A stretch of DNA of 64,000 nucleotides from Novosphingobium sp. (GTDB lineage Bacteria; Pseudomonadota; Alphaproteobacteria; Sphingomonadales; Sphingomonadaceae). The stretch is from the NCBI GenBank assembly GCA_050248535.1, contig JBFWSE010000002.1:3209-67208 (forward strand), read 5' to 3'. Of this stretch, positions 29,067 through 39,100 are shown in pieces; position 1 is the stretch's first letter, and each line of letters starts with the position of its first letter. Both the position numbers and the translations under genes were made by a program. The notes beneath the pieces were generated by a model that did not search any database, was not told the origin of the DNA, and saw nothing but the letters and a program-made list of their open reading frames with translations.

Positions 29067-29680
29067 AGCGTCGGGCCGTAGGACCGGCGAGTGCCAGTCT
29101 GCTCGCCTTTGGGCTTGGCATTCGATTCGATTTCGGCGACCAGCGACGAGCTACGGCCGCCGAGCATGGCATAGTCGCGTGCGGAACGGCCGGAATTATC
29201 CGCCCGGTCAGGATCGGCGCCGGCCTTCAGGAGCAGCCGCATGATGGCGATGTCGCGCCGATGTACTGCGGTAATCAGCGGGGTTTCGCCCTGAGAGCCA
29301 GGCTCGTCAACCTTGGCGTGGCCTTTGAGCAGCGCTTCGACGCCTTCGGCAAATCCCAGGCTTACAGCGATTTGCATCGGAGTCGCGCCCTGTTCGTTTC
29401 GCATATCGACATTGGCGCCCTTGCCGATCAGGAAATTCATCCAGGTAAGGTCGCGGCGCTGGGTGACGATGTGCAACGCCGTGTCCCCGCTGGAGACATC
29501 GCGGGCATTGACGATAGTTGTGCCCGGCTCGTTTAGCAGGTCTGTGACCTCTTGCCCTTCCTTCTTTCGCACCGCTTCAAGGAATTTGTAGCCCTTGGAA
29601 AACTGCGCGGTTGCGGGAGCCGGGAGCATCATGGCGCCCGCCAGGGCGGCCGAAAGTATGCCGGCGATGGCCCGTGGCAT
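29063..29680 (-). CDS. Exported ankyrin-repeat protein
   Basis: Signal peptide (PAPATA); repeats GDTALHIV, GATPMQIAV, GETPLITAV, GRSARDYA; start about 29680-29686. Confidence 0.88.
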   Translation of the reverse strand: MPRAIAGILSAALAGAMMLPAPATAQFSKGYKFLEAVRKKEGQEVTDLLNEPGTTIVNARDVSSGDTALHIVTQRRDLTWMNFLIGKGANVDMRNEQGATPMQIAVSLGFAEGVEALLKGHAKVDEPGSQGETPLITAVHRRDIAIMRLLLKAGADPDRADNSGRSARDYAMLGGRSSSLVAEIESNAKPKGEQTGTRRSYGPTL

Positions 29681-29755
29681 TGTCACTCTGCATATCTCCT
29701 GTCTTGCCCGGCGGCATCTGCCCCGCCCCACTTGCACCGAGGTGTTTAGCAGAGC

Positions 29756-30352
29756 ATGAACCGGTCCGCCATGTCCAGACTGAAGACCTTGTTCGCCGCC
29801 GGCCTGCTGACGCTCGCACTATCCGCCTGCGGACCCAGCGAGGAACCGCCGCTGGCCCGTGCCCGAATCGGCGGCGAGTTCGATCTGGTCAACAAGGACG
29901 GGCGCTATATGCATTGGCGCAATTTCGACGGCAGGTACCGGATCGTCTATTTCGGCTATACCTTCTGCCCCGATGTCTGCCCGACCGATGTAGGAAACCT
30001 GATGCGCGGGTACGGCCTTTTCGCGAAAGACCATCCGCGACTAGCGGACCAGGTGCAGCCGATCTTCATTTCGGTCGATCCGGAACGCGATACCCCCGCG
30101 CGCGTCGGCGAATTCGCCGCCGCTTTTTCGCCCCGCCTGATCGGCCTTACCGGCAGCGAGCGCGAAGTCGCCCAGGCCGCCCGGGCCTTTGCCGTCTATT
30201 ACGCCAAGGGCGAGATGACGCCGGGCGGCTACCTCGTGAACCACACCCGCATCGCCTATCTGATGGACCGCGATGGCAAGCCGCTGGCGACTTTGCCTTC
30301 AGACCTGGGGGCCGAGGCCGTGGCGGCAGAGCTTGAGAAATGGGTGCACTAG
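29756..30352 (+). CDS. SCO1/SenC-family copper chaperone (probable lipoprotein)
   Basis: LSAC lipobox; [11 protein letters not shown] (CxxxC), [13 protein letters not shown]. Confidence 0.95.
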   Translation: MNRSAMSRLKTLFAAGLLTLALSACGPSEEPPLARARIGGEFDLVNKDGRYMHWRNFDGRYRIVYFGYTFCPDVCPTDVGNLMRGYGLFAKDHPRLADQVQPIFISVDPERDTPARVGEFAAAFSPRLIGLTGSEREVAQAARAFAVYYAKGEMTPGGYLVNHTRIAYLMDRDGKPLATLPSDLGAEAVAAELEKWVH

Positions 30353-30816
30353 CCAGCCCCGGCCACAGCGATGGCGAGCCGTTCTGGCTGCGCCCGCTCG
30401 AAGAGCTGAGCCGCACCGAATGGGAAGCGCTGTGCGACGGCTGCGGCCAGTGCTGCCTGCACAAGGTGGAAGACGAGGACACCGGCGATATCTATTTCAC
30501 CGATGTCGCCTGCCGCCTGCTCGACATCGGAAAGGCGCAATGCCGCGACTATCGCAACCGCAAGGCGCTGGTGCCCGATTGCCTGCGGCTGACGCCACGC
30601 CTTGCCGCCGAAGTGACCTGGCTGCCCGAGACTTGCGCCTATCGCCTGAGGGCCAATGGCGAGGCCTTGCCCGACTGGCACTATCTGATCAGCGGGGATC
30701 GCGAAGCCGTGCATCGCGCGGGCATTTCGGTGGCCGGAAAAGTCATCTCCGAGGACGAGGCAGGGCCGATCGAGGAGCGGATCGTCTGGCCCGATAATGG
30801 CCCCTTTTCACGATGA
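30340..30816 (+). CDS. YcgN/UPF0260 cysteine-cluster protein
   Basis: [43 protein letters not shown]. Confidence 0.93.
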   Translation: MGALASPGHSDGEPFWLRPLEELSRTEWEALCDGCGQCCLHKVEDEDTGDIYFTDVACRLLDIGKAQCRDYRNRKALVPDCLRLTPRLAAEVTWLPETCAYRLRANGEALPDWHYLISGDREAVHRAGISVAGKVISEDEAGPIEERIVWPDNGPFSR

Positions 30817-31541
30817 TCGACTGGCTGCGCCGCAATCCAAGGATTCCGCCCATGATTGAAGTGGCGGGGCAGAGGTTGCCCCTTGCCATTCGCCGGCTGG
30901 GCCATGCCAAGCGCCTTACCCTGCGGCTGGCTCCCGATGGCAGCGAAGTGCGTGTCTCCATGCCGCGCTGGGGCCGGCTGGAAGAGGCGCTGGCTTTCGC
31001 CCGGTCGCGCAGCGACTGGCTGGAGCGGCAGCTTGCGGCCGTGCCGGTGCGGACGGAGCCGCTGCGCCATGGCTCCATGCTGCCCTATCGCGGCGACATT
31101 GTGCGCATCGAGCACAATGAGGCCGCCCCTCGCCGCCCGTGTCTGACCCAAGGCGTCATCGCGCTCGGCGGCCCCGCCGAATCCGTCTCCTCGCGCCTGC
31201 GCCGCTGGCTGGAAACCGAAGCGCGGCGCCTGCTGGCCGAGGATCTGGCCCACTATTGCGCGACGGCCGGGCGCGACGTGCCAAAGCTGGCGCTGTCCGG
31301 CGCGCAACGGCGCTGGGGCAGCTGTTCAAGCAAGGGCATGGTCAGGATCAACTGGCGGCTGGTCATGGCGCCCGATTACGTCAGGCGCTCGGTGGTGGCG
31401 CACGAAGTCGCGCACATGGTCCATTTCGATCACAGTCCGCGCTTCCACGCCCTGCTGGGCGAAATATTCGAAGGCGACATTGCCGCGGCCAATCGCTGGC
31501 TCAAACACGAAGGGCGGGGGCTCTACCTGCCGTTCGGCTAG
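30813..31541 (+). CDS. YgjP/SprT-like zinc metallopeptidase-domain protein
   Basis: [34 protein letters not shown] (HExxH). Confidence 0.9.
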   Translation: MIDWLRRNPRIPPMIEVAGQRLPLAIRRLGHAKRLTLRLAPDGSEVRVSMPRWGRLEEALAFARSRSDWLERQLAAVPVRTEPLRHGSMLPYRGDIVRIEHNEAAPRRPCLTQGVIALGGPAESVSSRLRRWLETEARRLLAEDLAHYCATAGRDVPKLALSGAQRRWGSCSSKGMVRINWRLVMAPDYVRRSVVAHEVAHMVHFDHSPRFHALLGEIFEGDIAAANRWLKHEGRGLYLPFG

Positions 31542-31583
31542 AATTACTGGCGCTGGCGGCCGGAAAGGCCTATTTGGCAATCC

Positions 31584-32063
31584 ATGTTCTTGTCCAGACG
31601 CACCGGAATGTGGGCCGACGTCGATGTCGGCGGGGCTTTCGGCGACTTGCTTGGCGTGTTCCGCGAAGCCGGCCCCAACCGCTGGCGGATCGCCGCGCTC
31701 GCCGCCATTCCGCCGCTCGCCATGTTCTGGGCCTTTGCCCAGGATGAAGTGCGCGGCCAGCCGCGACGCCCGGAAATCACCTATATCACCAGCTGGCGCG
31801 CCGACCGCAGCCTGGCCGAGATCGAGCGCAGCAATCTGGCGAACCAGCGCATCAAGGACATGATCGCCGCCCGCGAGGCCAGGCTGCGCGCCGAGCAGCA
31901 GCAGGCCTATATGGCGATCGGACGGGCGACCGGGCTCGATGTCGATGAAATGAAGCGCCAGGCCGATGCGGAGCGCGCCCAGCGGCTGGCCCAGCAACGC
32001 GCGGCCTTTGCCGAACTGCGCAAGCGCCAGGAAGACTATTACTCGAATCGTGACAAGCGCTGA
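31584..32063 (+). CDS. Hypothetical membrane-anchored protein
   Basis: One hydrophobic segment, then ITSWRADRS and charged coiled-coil; 3' end overlaps ribD start. Confidence 0.75.
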   Translation: MFLSRRTGMWADVDVGGAFGDLLGVFREAGPNRWRIAALAAIPPLAMFWAFAQDEVRGQPRRPEITYITSWRADRSLAEIERSNLANQRIKDMIAAREARLRAEQQQAYMAIGRATGLDVDEMKRQADAERAQRLAQQRAAFAELRKRQEDYYSNRDKR

Positions 32064-33039
32064 GGACGACGACGCGCGCTGGCTGGCGGCGGCGGCTAGC
32101 CTTGCCGAACGCGCAAGGCCGCTGAGCCGGCCAAATCCGGCGGTGGGCGCGATGATCGTGCGCGAGGGCTGCGTTGTGGGACGCGGCTGGACCGGCGCGG
32201 GCGGCAGACCCCATGCCGAGGCCGTCGCGCTGGCGCAGGCGGGCGAGAACGCGACAGGCGGCACTCTCTATGTCACGCTCGAACCCTGCGCGCACGAAAG
32301 CCCGCGCGGCCCGGCCTGCGCCGATCTGGTCGCGGCATCGGGGCTTTCGCGAGTCGTCATCGGCTGCGAGGATCCCGACACGCGCACCGTCGGTAAGGGC
32401 ATGGCCCGAATCCGCGCGGCGGGCATCGCTGCCGACTTGCTGCCGTCGTCCCGTGCATTAGCCAGCCTTGCCGGCTATCTCTCGCTGCGCGGCAAGGGGC
32501 GGCCCCACGTCACCCTCAAGCTCGCCTTGTCTCAGGACGGCTGCCTTGCCCGCCCGCCGGGCGAGGATCGCTGGCTGACCGGCGAGGCGGCGCGGGCGCA
32601 TTGCCATGCGCTGCGGGCGAAAAGCGACGCCATCCTGGTGGGCGGCGGCACGCTGCGCGCCGATTCGCCCCGGCTCGACGTGCGCCTGCCCGGGCTTGAG
32701 GCGCGCAGCCCCGAGCGCTGGGTGCTGACGCGAGGGGCAGCGCCCGACGGCTGGCGCAAGCTGGCCTCGCCGCAAGCAGTCAAGGATATGGGCGATGTGC
32801 AGTATCTCTTCGTCGAAGGCGGGGCCGAAGTGGCGCGGGCCTTTGCCGGGACGGGGCTGGTGGACCGCCTGGTCATCTATCGCGCGCCCTTCGATATCGG
32901 CCCGGGTGTTCCCGCCTTGCCTGAGTTCGCTCTCGGCGCGCTGACGAGTGGGAAGGCGCCATGGCGAATGGTCGACAGCCAGACGCTTGGCAGCGACACA
33001 TTGGAAGTCTACGAACCTGTTCCATGTTCACCGGAATAG
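32050..33039 (+). CDS. ribD: Riboflavin biosynthesis deaminase/reductase
   Basis: Probable GTG start 32050; PNPAVG, PHAE, YVTLEPC...PAC, VTLKLALSQDG, DAILVGGGT, VEGG. Confidence 0.95.
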   Translation: MTSAEDDDARWLAAAASLAERARPLSRPNPAVGAMIVREGCVVGRGWTGAGGRPHAEAVALAQAGENATGGTLYVTLEPCAHESPRGPACADLVAASGLSRVVIGCEDPDTRTVGKGMARIRAAGIAADLLPSSRALASLAGYLSLRGKGRPHVTLKLALSQDGCLARPPGEDRWLTGEAARAHCHALRAKSDAILVGGGTLRADSPRLDVRLPGLEARSPERWVLTRGAAPDGWRKLASPQAVKDMGDVQYLFVEGGAEVARAFAGTGLVDRLVIYRAPFDIGPGVPALPEFALGALTSGKAPWRMVDSQTLGSDTLEVYEPVPCSPE

Positions 33040-33641
33040 TCACAGCCATCGGCGAAATCCGCGAAGCGAAACAGGCCGGCGACCTGCACGCGGTTATATC
33101 CTGCCCGTGGGACCCGGCGCAGATCGCCGTGGGCGCCTCGATCGCCTGTTCGGGCACATGCCTCACCGTCACCGGCAAGGGCGGCGCGGCTGGCGACGCC
33201 TGGTTCTCGGTCGACATTTCCGGCGAAAGCGTCGCGCGCACCGCGCCGGGGCGCTGGACCGAGGGGACGCGGCTCAATCTCGAACCGGCGCTCAAGCTGG
33301 GCGACGAGCTGGGCGGGCATATCGTCACCGGCCATGTCGATGGCGTGGGCAAGGTCGTGGGCGTCTGCCCCGAAGGCGAATCACGCCGCATCGGCATCGA
33401 GACCCCCCGCGACCTCGCGCCCTATCTGGCGCCCAAGGGATCGATCACCATGGACGGGGTTTCGCTGACGGTAAACGACGTCGCCGACCAGCCGGATGGC
33501 ACCTGCCACTTCTCGGTGAACATCATTCCGCACACCGCCGAAGTGACCACGTTGGGCACGCTTGCGGAAGGGGATGCGGTGAATCTGGAGATCGACGTGC
33601 TGGCTAGGTATTTGCAGCGGATGCAAAGCCTTAGGGGTTAG
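33024..33641 (+). CDS. ribE: Riboflavin synthase alpha chain
   Basis: MFTGIV start at 33024; GASIACSGTCLTV, LGGHIVTGHVDG, KGSITMDGVSLTVN, VNLEID. Confidence 0.96.
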   Translation: MFTGIVTAIGEIREAKQAGDLHAVISCPWDPAQIAVGASIACSGTCLTVTGKGGAAGDAWFSVDISGESVARTAPGRWTEGTRLNLEPALKLGDELGGHIVTGHVDGVGKVVGVCPEGESRRIGIETPRDLAPYLAPKGSITMDGVSLTVNDVADQPDGTCHFSVNIIPHTAEVTTLGTLAEGDAVNLEIDVLARYLQRMQSLRG

Positions 33642-34180
33642 GCTAAGAGCGGTCCGGACCCAAAGTCGCTGCGGCCAATCTCATATTGTACATGCAGCAC
33701 TGTGCCGCTGGCCGTCTCTTCCAGCGTGGTTTCCTCGCACAGCCGCCCGCCGATCTTCTCCATCGCCCGCCGAGAACGCAGGTTGCCCTCGCCCACCCGG
33801 AACCTTACGCGTTCGACGTAGCGGAAGGCGTGGGCCAGCATCAACCGCTTGAGCTCGCGATTGAACGCGCCGCCCCAGTGGCTGCGGGCGAGGAAAGTCC
33901 AGCCGATCTCGACTACGCCGCCATTGGCCGGATCGTATTCTTGCCAGCGCGAAGAACCGACGATTTCGCCGCCCTGCCGGTCAATCACGGCCATGGCCCC
34001 GCCCTTGGCCAGGGCATCCTCGGAATAGGTGCGGAACACAGGCTCCTGCCAGCGGTTGTGCTGCGGATGCAATTCCCAGATCAGCGGATCGCCGGCGACG
34101 GCGAACAGCGCCTGCCAGTCGCTTTCGCGCAGGGGCCTGAGCAGCAGCTGGTCGCCTTCAAGGCTGGGCTGCCGGTCCAT
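33638..34180 (-). CDS. GNAT acetyltransferase (RimJ/RimL-like)
   Basis: LLLRPL, IVGSSR, EIGWTFLARSHWGG, NLRSRRAMEKIG. Confidence 0.88.
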   Translation of the reverse strand: MDRQPSLEGDQLLLRPLRESDWQALFAVAGDPLIWELHPQHNRWQEPVFRTYSEDALAKGGAMAVIDRQGGEIVGSSRWQEYDPANGGVVEIGWTFLARSHWGGAFNRELKRLMLAHAFRYVERVRFRVGEGNLRSRRAMEKIGGRLCEETTLEETASGTVLHVQYEIGRSDFGSGPLLA

Positions 34181-34181
34181 A

Positions 34182-35360
34182 TCAGTTTGAAACGTCGTTT
34201 AACGCCTCGATGAACTTGCCAATGTTGGCCGTCGTCAGCCCGGCAATGTTGATCCGGCCCGAGCCTGCAAAATAGATGCCATGCCGTTCGCGCATCGCCT
34301 GGATCTGGTCCTGGGTGAAGGGCAGAACCGAGAACAGCCCATTCTGCTTGCCGACCGGCGCCAGATCGAACTGGCCCACCTTGCCCGCCAAGGCCAATTG
34401 CTCGCGCACCTGGCGCATGCGGGCGCGCATGGTGTCGAGTTCGTCGAGCCAGAGGCTTGTAAGCTGTGCATCTTCCAGCACGATCCGCACCGCCGCGCCG
34501 CCGTGATCGGGCGGCTGCGACCAGTTGGCGCGGGCGAGCGCGTAGAGGTTGGAAATTGGCAAGGGCAGCTGGCCCGGCTCGGCCATCATCGCATAGAGCG
34601 CGCCGACCCGGTCGCGGTACTGGCCGAAGTTCTTGTCGCAGCTTTGCGCGACCAATGCTTCGGGCACCTGGCTGAGCACCCTGCGCACACCATAGGCGTC
34701 TTCTTCCATGCCGTGACCCAGACCCTGGTAGGCCAGATCGAGAATCGGCAGCACCTCGCGTTCCGCCAGCAGCGCGGCGATCTCGTCCCATTCGGCATTG
34801 CTGTAATCGATGCCGCTGGGGTTGTGGCAGCAGCCATGCAGCAGGATCGCGTCCTCTGGCCCGGCACCGGCCAGCGCCGCTCGCAGGGCCTCCATGTCTG
34901 CCGCGCCATCGGCGGTCGCATGGTTGAAGCCCTGGGTAGCCAGGCCGACGTCGGCGACGATCTGCGCATGATTGGGCCAGCTGGGCGTGCCCATCAGGAT
35001 GCGCTTTGCCCCGGCGCGCGCGGCGACTGCCACGGCGAGCCGCACGCCGCCGGTGCCGCCGGGCACTTGCATGCCCTCGATCCGCCCGCCCATGTCGGGG
35101 TCCGCAGCGCCGAAAACGTAGGGCATCAAGGCCTTGACGAAGCCCATGTCGCCTTCGGGGCCGAGATAGGCCTTGGTATCCTGCGTCTCCAGCAGGCGGC
35201 GCTCGGCCTGCTTGATCGCGGCGAAGACGGGGGTGTCGCCCTGCCCGGTCTTGTAGACGCCAACGCCAAGATCGATCTTGTCCGCGCGCGGATCGGAATT
35301 GTGGAGCTTGATCAGCGCGAGCAGCGCGTCTCCGGGTTGCTGGGTGAGCTTGGTCAACAT
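34182..35360 (-). CDS. Aromatic amino acid/aspartate aminotransferase (class I)
   Basis: KIDLGVGVYK, VPGGTGG, PSWPNH, HGCCHNPSG, DLAYQG, SCDKNFGQYRDRVG (PLP Lys), GRINIAG. Confidence 0.95.
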   Translation of the reverse strand: MLTKLTQQPGDALLALIKLHNSDPRADKIDLGVGVYKTGQGDTPVFAAIKQAERRLLETQDTKAYLGPEGDMGFVKALMPYVFGAADPDMGGRIEGMQVPGGTGGVRLAVAVAARAGAKRILMGTPSWPNHAQIVADVGLATQGFNHATADGAADMEALRAALAGAGPEDAILLHGCCHNPSGIDYSNAEWDEIAALLAEREVLPILDLAYQGLGHGMEEDAYGVRRVLSQVPEALVAQSCDKNFGQYRDRVGALYAMMAEPGQLPLPISNLYALARANWSQPPDHGGAAVRIVLEDAQLTSLWLDELDTMRARMRQVREQLALAGKVGQFDLAPVGKQNGLFSVLPFTQDQIQAMRERHGIYFAGSGRINIAGLTTANIGKFIEALNDVSN

Positions 35361-35435
35361 GGGGCGCGCCCTTAGCCCCCCGCGATGCCCCCGGCAAGCG
35401 CATGCTGCGGTGCCCGTTGCGCAAATCCCGGCGAC

Positions 35436-35451
35436 TTAACGGTTAATTTAC
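35436..35451. promoter_or_regulatory. Candidate CtrA-like site
   Basis: TTAA-cggttaa-TTTAC, one mismatch to TTAA-N7-TTAAC, 45 nt upstream of ATG 35497. Confidence 0.4.
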
Positions 35452-35496
35452 CACGATGCGCCAATACGGACGGGACTGATCGAGTGGGGAAACCAC

Positions 35497-36909
35497 ATGG
35501 ATACTTTGCGGGGCTCCTTTCCGGACGATTCGACCGGGGCCGAAGACCGGGATTTCGGCTGGGCCGAGGACGAACCCGTGCGCGAACTGCCGCCCGAGGC
35601 CATTGGCCAGGACGAGCGGCGCATGCAGGTTCGCGCCTACAATCTATGGGCGAGCCTTCTCGAAGATCGCAATTTCCCCTCCATCGACGATCTCGAACCT
35701 GGCAGCCTTCCCGGCATCAGCGCGAACAGCGTCTTTCTCGATTTCACGGCCGGCATCGAAAATCCCAAGGTCCGCTACATCGGCGAGGCGCTGGCGGCAG
35801 AATGCGGCGATAACCCCGCGGAGATACAGTATCTTTCCGACGTGCCCAGCCGCTCCTTGCTGTCACGCATTACCGACCATTACATGCAGATCATCGCCAA
35901 TCAGGCGCCAATCGGATTCGAAGCGGAATTCGTCAACAACAGCGGCAAACTGATTCTCTATCGCGGCATTCTCCTTCCGTTCTCAAACGACGGCGAAACG
36001 ATCGACTACATCTGCGGCGTGATCAACTGGAAGGAACTGGCCGACCAGCAGACCACGGATGAATTGCTGCTCGAAATCGGACAGGCGCTCGATGCTATGC
36101 CCGATACGCCTCGTTCGCGCGAGCCGATGAGCGAATGGGCAGACGGGCCCAGCGAGAACGGCGGAATTCTCGATCTCACCGGGCCAATGGAAGAGCCGGA
36201 GGTTGGATCCGGCTGGCCAAGCCCGGAATTCGCCCAGACCGGCGAACTCGATCTGTCCGCTTTCCCTTCGGCAGACTTGCCGCTCGACAACGCGGCGAGT
36301 GCCGAGATGGGCCTGGCCGACTGGCTCGCCTCGGCCCGCGAACTGGCGCTTGCGGCCAAGGGCAGCGAGGATCGTTCGCGCAGCGCCCTCTATGCCGCGA
36401 TCTCGCGCGCCCATGATTTTGCCCTCGCCGCCGAAACGGAGCCGGAAGCGTTCGCGGAAATCGCCGCCGATGCCGGACTGACCGTTCAGGACCGCGCGCC
36501 GCTGACTCCGGTGGTCAAACTGGTCTTCGGGGCGGACTACGACAAGACGCGCCTCGCCGAATATGCCGCGGCGCTCGGCCACGCCCGCCGGCGCCAGGTG
36601 CCCCGGGGCCAGTTGGCCGGCTATCTTGCCGACGCAGCCGGCGGCCTGAAAGGTATTGTCACCGAGGAGCGCAGGTTGCGCCGCGAAGAAAGCGGCAAGC
36701 CCGCCGTGGTCCGCGATGCGCCGCGAAAGACCCTGATGCGCAAATTGCGCAAGCTGGAACATTGCCCGATCGCCGAGACGCCGGCGGAAGGTGACGAATT
36801 CGCCCTGCTGGTGGCCCGGCGGCTGCCCAATGGCGAAGTGGTCCTGCTGGGCGAAGTCAGCGGCGACGTGCCGCTGTTCGAGAAAGCTGCACGCAAGCTG
36901 CTGGCCTGA
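35497..36909 (+). CDS. Hypothetical cytoplasmic protein: PAS-like N-domain, acidic linker, helical C-domain
   Basis: RAYNLW...RYIGEAL...LLPFS resembles PAS_5-type domains; strong GC3 bias supports coding. Confidence 0.75.
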   Translation: MDTLRGSFPDDSTGAEDRDFGWAEDEPVRELPPEAIGQDERRMQVRAYNLWASLLEDRNFPSIDDLEPGSLPGISANSVFLDFTAGIENPKVRYIGEALAAECGDNPAEIQYLSDVPSRSLLSRITDHYMQIIANQAPIGFEAEFVNNSGKLILYRGILLPFSNDGETIDYICGVINWKELADQQTTDELLLEIGQALDAMPDTPRSREPMSEWADGPSENGGILDLTGPMEEPEVGSGWPSPEFAQTGELDLSAFPSADLPLDNAASAEMGLADWLASARELALAAKGSEDRSRSALYAAISRAHDFALAAETEPEAFAEIAADAGLTVQDRAPLTPVVKLVFGADYDKTRLAEYAAALGHARRRQVPRGQLAGYLADAAGGLKGIVTEERRLRREESGKPAVVRDAPRKTLMRKLRKLEHCPIAETPAEGDEFALLVARRLPNGEVVLLGEVSGDVPLFEKAARKLLA

Positions 36910-36997
36910 TCGCGGCCCGCGCGCTATCTGGCGCGCAATGGCCCAGAATTCGCCTTGCTTCAGCACCGGTTCAGCCGGGCTTGTGCTTGCCGGTTCG

Positions 36998-38353
36998 ATG
37001 TTTCGCCTGATCGCGCGCGCCGCCGCGCTCATCGCCATTGCCCTGTTAGCGAGCCAGCCGGCCGTAGCGCAATCGATCCTGCGCGATGCGGAAACCGAGG
37101 CCTTTCTGCACGACATGGCGACTCCGCTGATCGCAGCTTCGGGCCTCGATCCGCGCAATGTCGACATCGTGCTGGTGGGCGATCCCAATATCAATGCCTT
37201 CGTCGCCGGTGGCCAGGCGGTCTATGTGCATTCGGGGCTGATCAACGCGGCAAGTTCGGCCGGCGAAGTACAGGGCGTTATCGCCCACGAACTGGGCCAT
37301 ATCACCGGTGGCCACGTCATAAATGGCGGCGGCGGGAAAGCGGCGACCGGGATCAGCATCCTGTCCCTGCTGCTTGGCGCCGCGGCGGCGGCGGCAGGCG
37401 GCGGCGAAGCGGCCATGGCTGTGATCATGGCAGGGCAGCAGGCCGCCATGGGCAAGTACCTTGCTTTCAGCAGGGCGCAGGAATCGACGGCCGACGCGGC
37501 CGGGGCGCAATTTCTTTCAAAGGCGGGGATCTCGGGGCGCGGGTCGGTCGATTTCTTCAAGAAGCTGGAAAACCTCGAATACCGTCACGGCTATCAGCGT
37601 AACGACGACAGCGAATTCTACAGCACCCACCCGATCACCGCCGACCGCATCGCCACTTTGACCGATACCTATTCGAAGGATCCGGCATGGGACAAGCCGG
37701 GCGATCCGGCGCTCCAGGAGCGTTTCCTTCGCATTCGCGCCAAGCTTTACGGCTACCTCGCAGAGCCCAAGGACACGCTCGTCGCCTACCCGCTGTCCGA
37801 TACGTCGGTTCCCGCCCGCTATGCCCGCGCCTATTCCTGGCACAAGGATGCGCAGCTTGGAAAGGCCATGGACGAGACCGATGCCTTGCTGGCCGGTGCG
37901 CCCAGCGATCCCTATTTCCTCGAACTGAAGGGCCAGATTCTGCTGGAATCCGGCAAGCCCGCCGATGCGCTTCCGTTCCTGCGGCGTGCGACCGAAATTA
38001 CCCGCAATCAGCCACTGATCGCCACGACTTTCGGCCATGCGCTGATCGCCACCGAAGATCCCGCCAATTTCGCCGAAGCCGAAAAAGTGCTCAAGGCTGC
38101 CGTTGCCCGCGACCGCGAAAACCCCTTTGCCTGGTACCAGCTGGGCGTGGTCTATGCCGCCAACGGCGACCTGCCGCGCGCGCGGCTCGCCAGCGCCGAA
38201 CAGCAAGTCATGCAGCTGCAAATGCCACAGGCGCTTACCAGTGCCGAAGCCGCCGAAGCTGGCCTGCCCAAGGGCTCGCCCGATTGGTTGCGTGCCCAGG
38301 ATATCGCCATGCAAGCACGCGCGGCGATTGAACGGCAGCGCAAACGCAGATAG
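36998..38353 (+). CDS. M48 metalloprotease with TPR C-terminus (BepA/YfgC-like)
   Basis: Start about 36998; signal peptide, INAFVAGG, VIAHELGH, FSRAQESTAD, YSTHP, TPR-like tail. Confidence 0.92.
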   Translation: MFRLIARAAALIAIALLASQPAVAQSILRDAETEAFLHDMATPLIAASGLDPRNVDIVLVGDPNINAFVAGGQAVYVHSGLINAASSAGEVQGVIAHELGHITGGHVINGGGGKAATGISILSLLLGAAAAAAGGGEAAMAVIMAGQQAAMGKYLAFSRAQESTADAAGAQFLSKAGISGRGSVDFFKKLENLEYRHGYQRNDDSEFYSTHPITADRIATLTDTYSKDPAWDKPGDPALQERFLRIRAKLYGYLAEPKDTLVAYPLSDTSVPARYARAYSWHKDAQLGKAMDETDALLAGAPSDPYFLELKGQILLESGKPADALPFLRRATEITRNQPLIATTFGHALIATEDPANFAEAEKVLKAAVARDRENPFAWYQLGVVYAANGDLPRARLASAEQQVMQLQMPQALTSAEAAEAGLPKGSPDWLRAQDIAMQARAAIERQRKRR

Positions 38354-38363
38354 GCCAACCCGC

Positions 38364-39092
38364 ATGAACGACAGCACTTCCCCCTCGCGCCGCTGGCTGA
38401 TGCCCGCCGCCTGCTTCATCGCCGCTTTCGCGGGCTTTTTTGCTGCCCTGGGCATTCAATCGTGGCGCGGGCTTGGCGGCGGGGAAATGGTGGTGCGCAA
38501 TTACCTGCTTGAGCACCCCGAAATCCTGCCCGAAGCCATGGAACGCCTGCGCCAGCGCGAGATGGCCAAGCAACTGGTCGGCGTGCAGGACGATATCGAA
38601 AAGCCATTCCCGGGCGCCGTGATGGGTAACCCGGATGGCAAGGTCACCCTGGTCGAATTCATGGATTTCGCCTGTGGCTTCTGCCGCCAGAGCGAGGCTG
38701 AAGTCAGCGCTCTGATTGCCGCCAATCCCGATCTCAAGGTGGTCGTGCGCCAATTGCCGATCCTGTCGCCAGCCAGCGAAGATGCGGCGAAAATGGCGCT
38801 GGCGGCGGCCGAGCAGGGCAAATATACCGCGTTCCACCACGCAATGTATGCGGCCGGCAAGCCCGATGCTCAAACCATCGAAGCCGCGGCCCGCGTTGCG
38901 GGCGTGGATCTCGAAAGAGCGCGACAGGCCATTGCCGATCCGCGCCTCAACGAGGAACTGGCGCGCAACGCAGGCTATGCCCGCCAGCTTGGGTTCGAGG
39001 GCACGCCGAGCTGGGTCATCGGCGATGAAGTGCATAGCGGCGCGGTCGGCCAGAAGAAGTTGGCCGAATCCATTGCCAAGGCGCGCGGCTGA
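38364..39092 (+). CDS. DsbA-family thioredoxin-fold protein
   Basis: Start 38364; YLLEHPEIL, VEFMDFACGFC (CxxC), LPIL, GTPSWVIG (cis-Pro). Confidence 0.93.
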   Translation: MNDSTSPSRRWLMPAACFIAAFAGFFAALGIQSWRGLGGGEMVVRNYLLEHPEILPEAMERLRQREMAKQLVGVQDDIEKPFPGAVMGNPDGKVTLVEFMDFACGFCRQSEAEVSALIAANPDLKVVVRQLPILSPASEDAAKMALAAAEQGKYTAFHHAMYAAGKPDAQTIEAAARVAGVDLERARQAIADPRLNEELARNAGYARQLGFEGTPSWVIGDEVHSGAVGQKKLAESIAKARG

Positions 39093-39100
39093 TTTCGCCC

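Noticed and set aside
31542-32049. FMN riboswitch before ribD
   Set aside because: Region is coding; no RFN motifs seen
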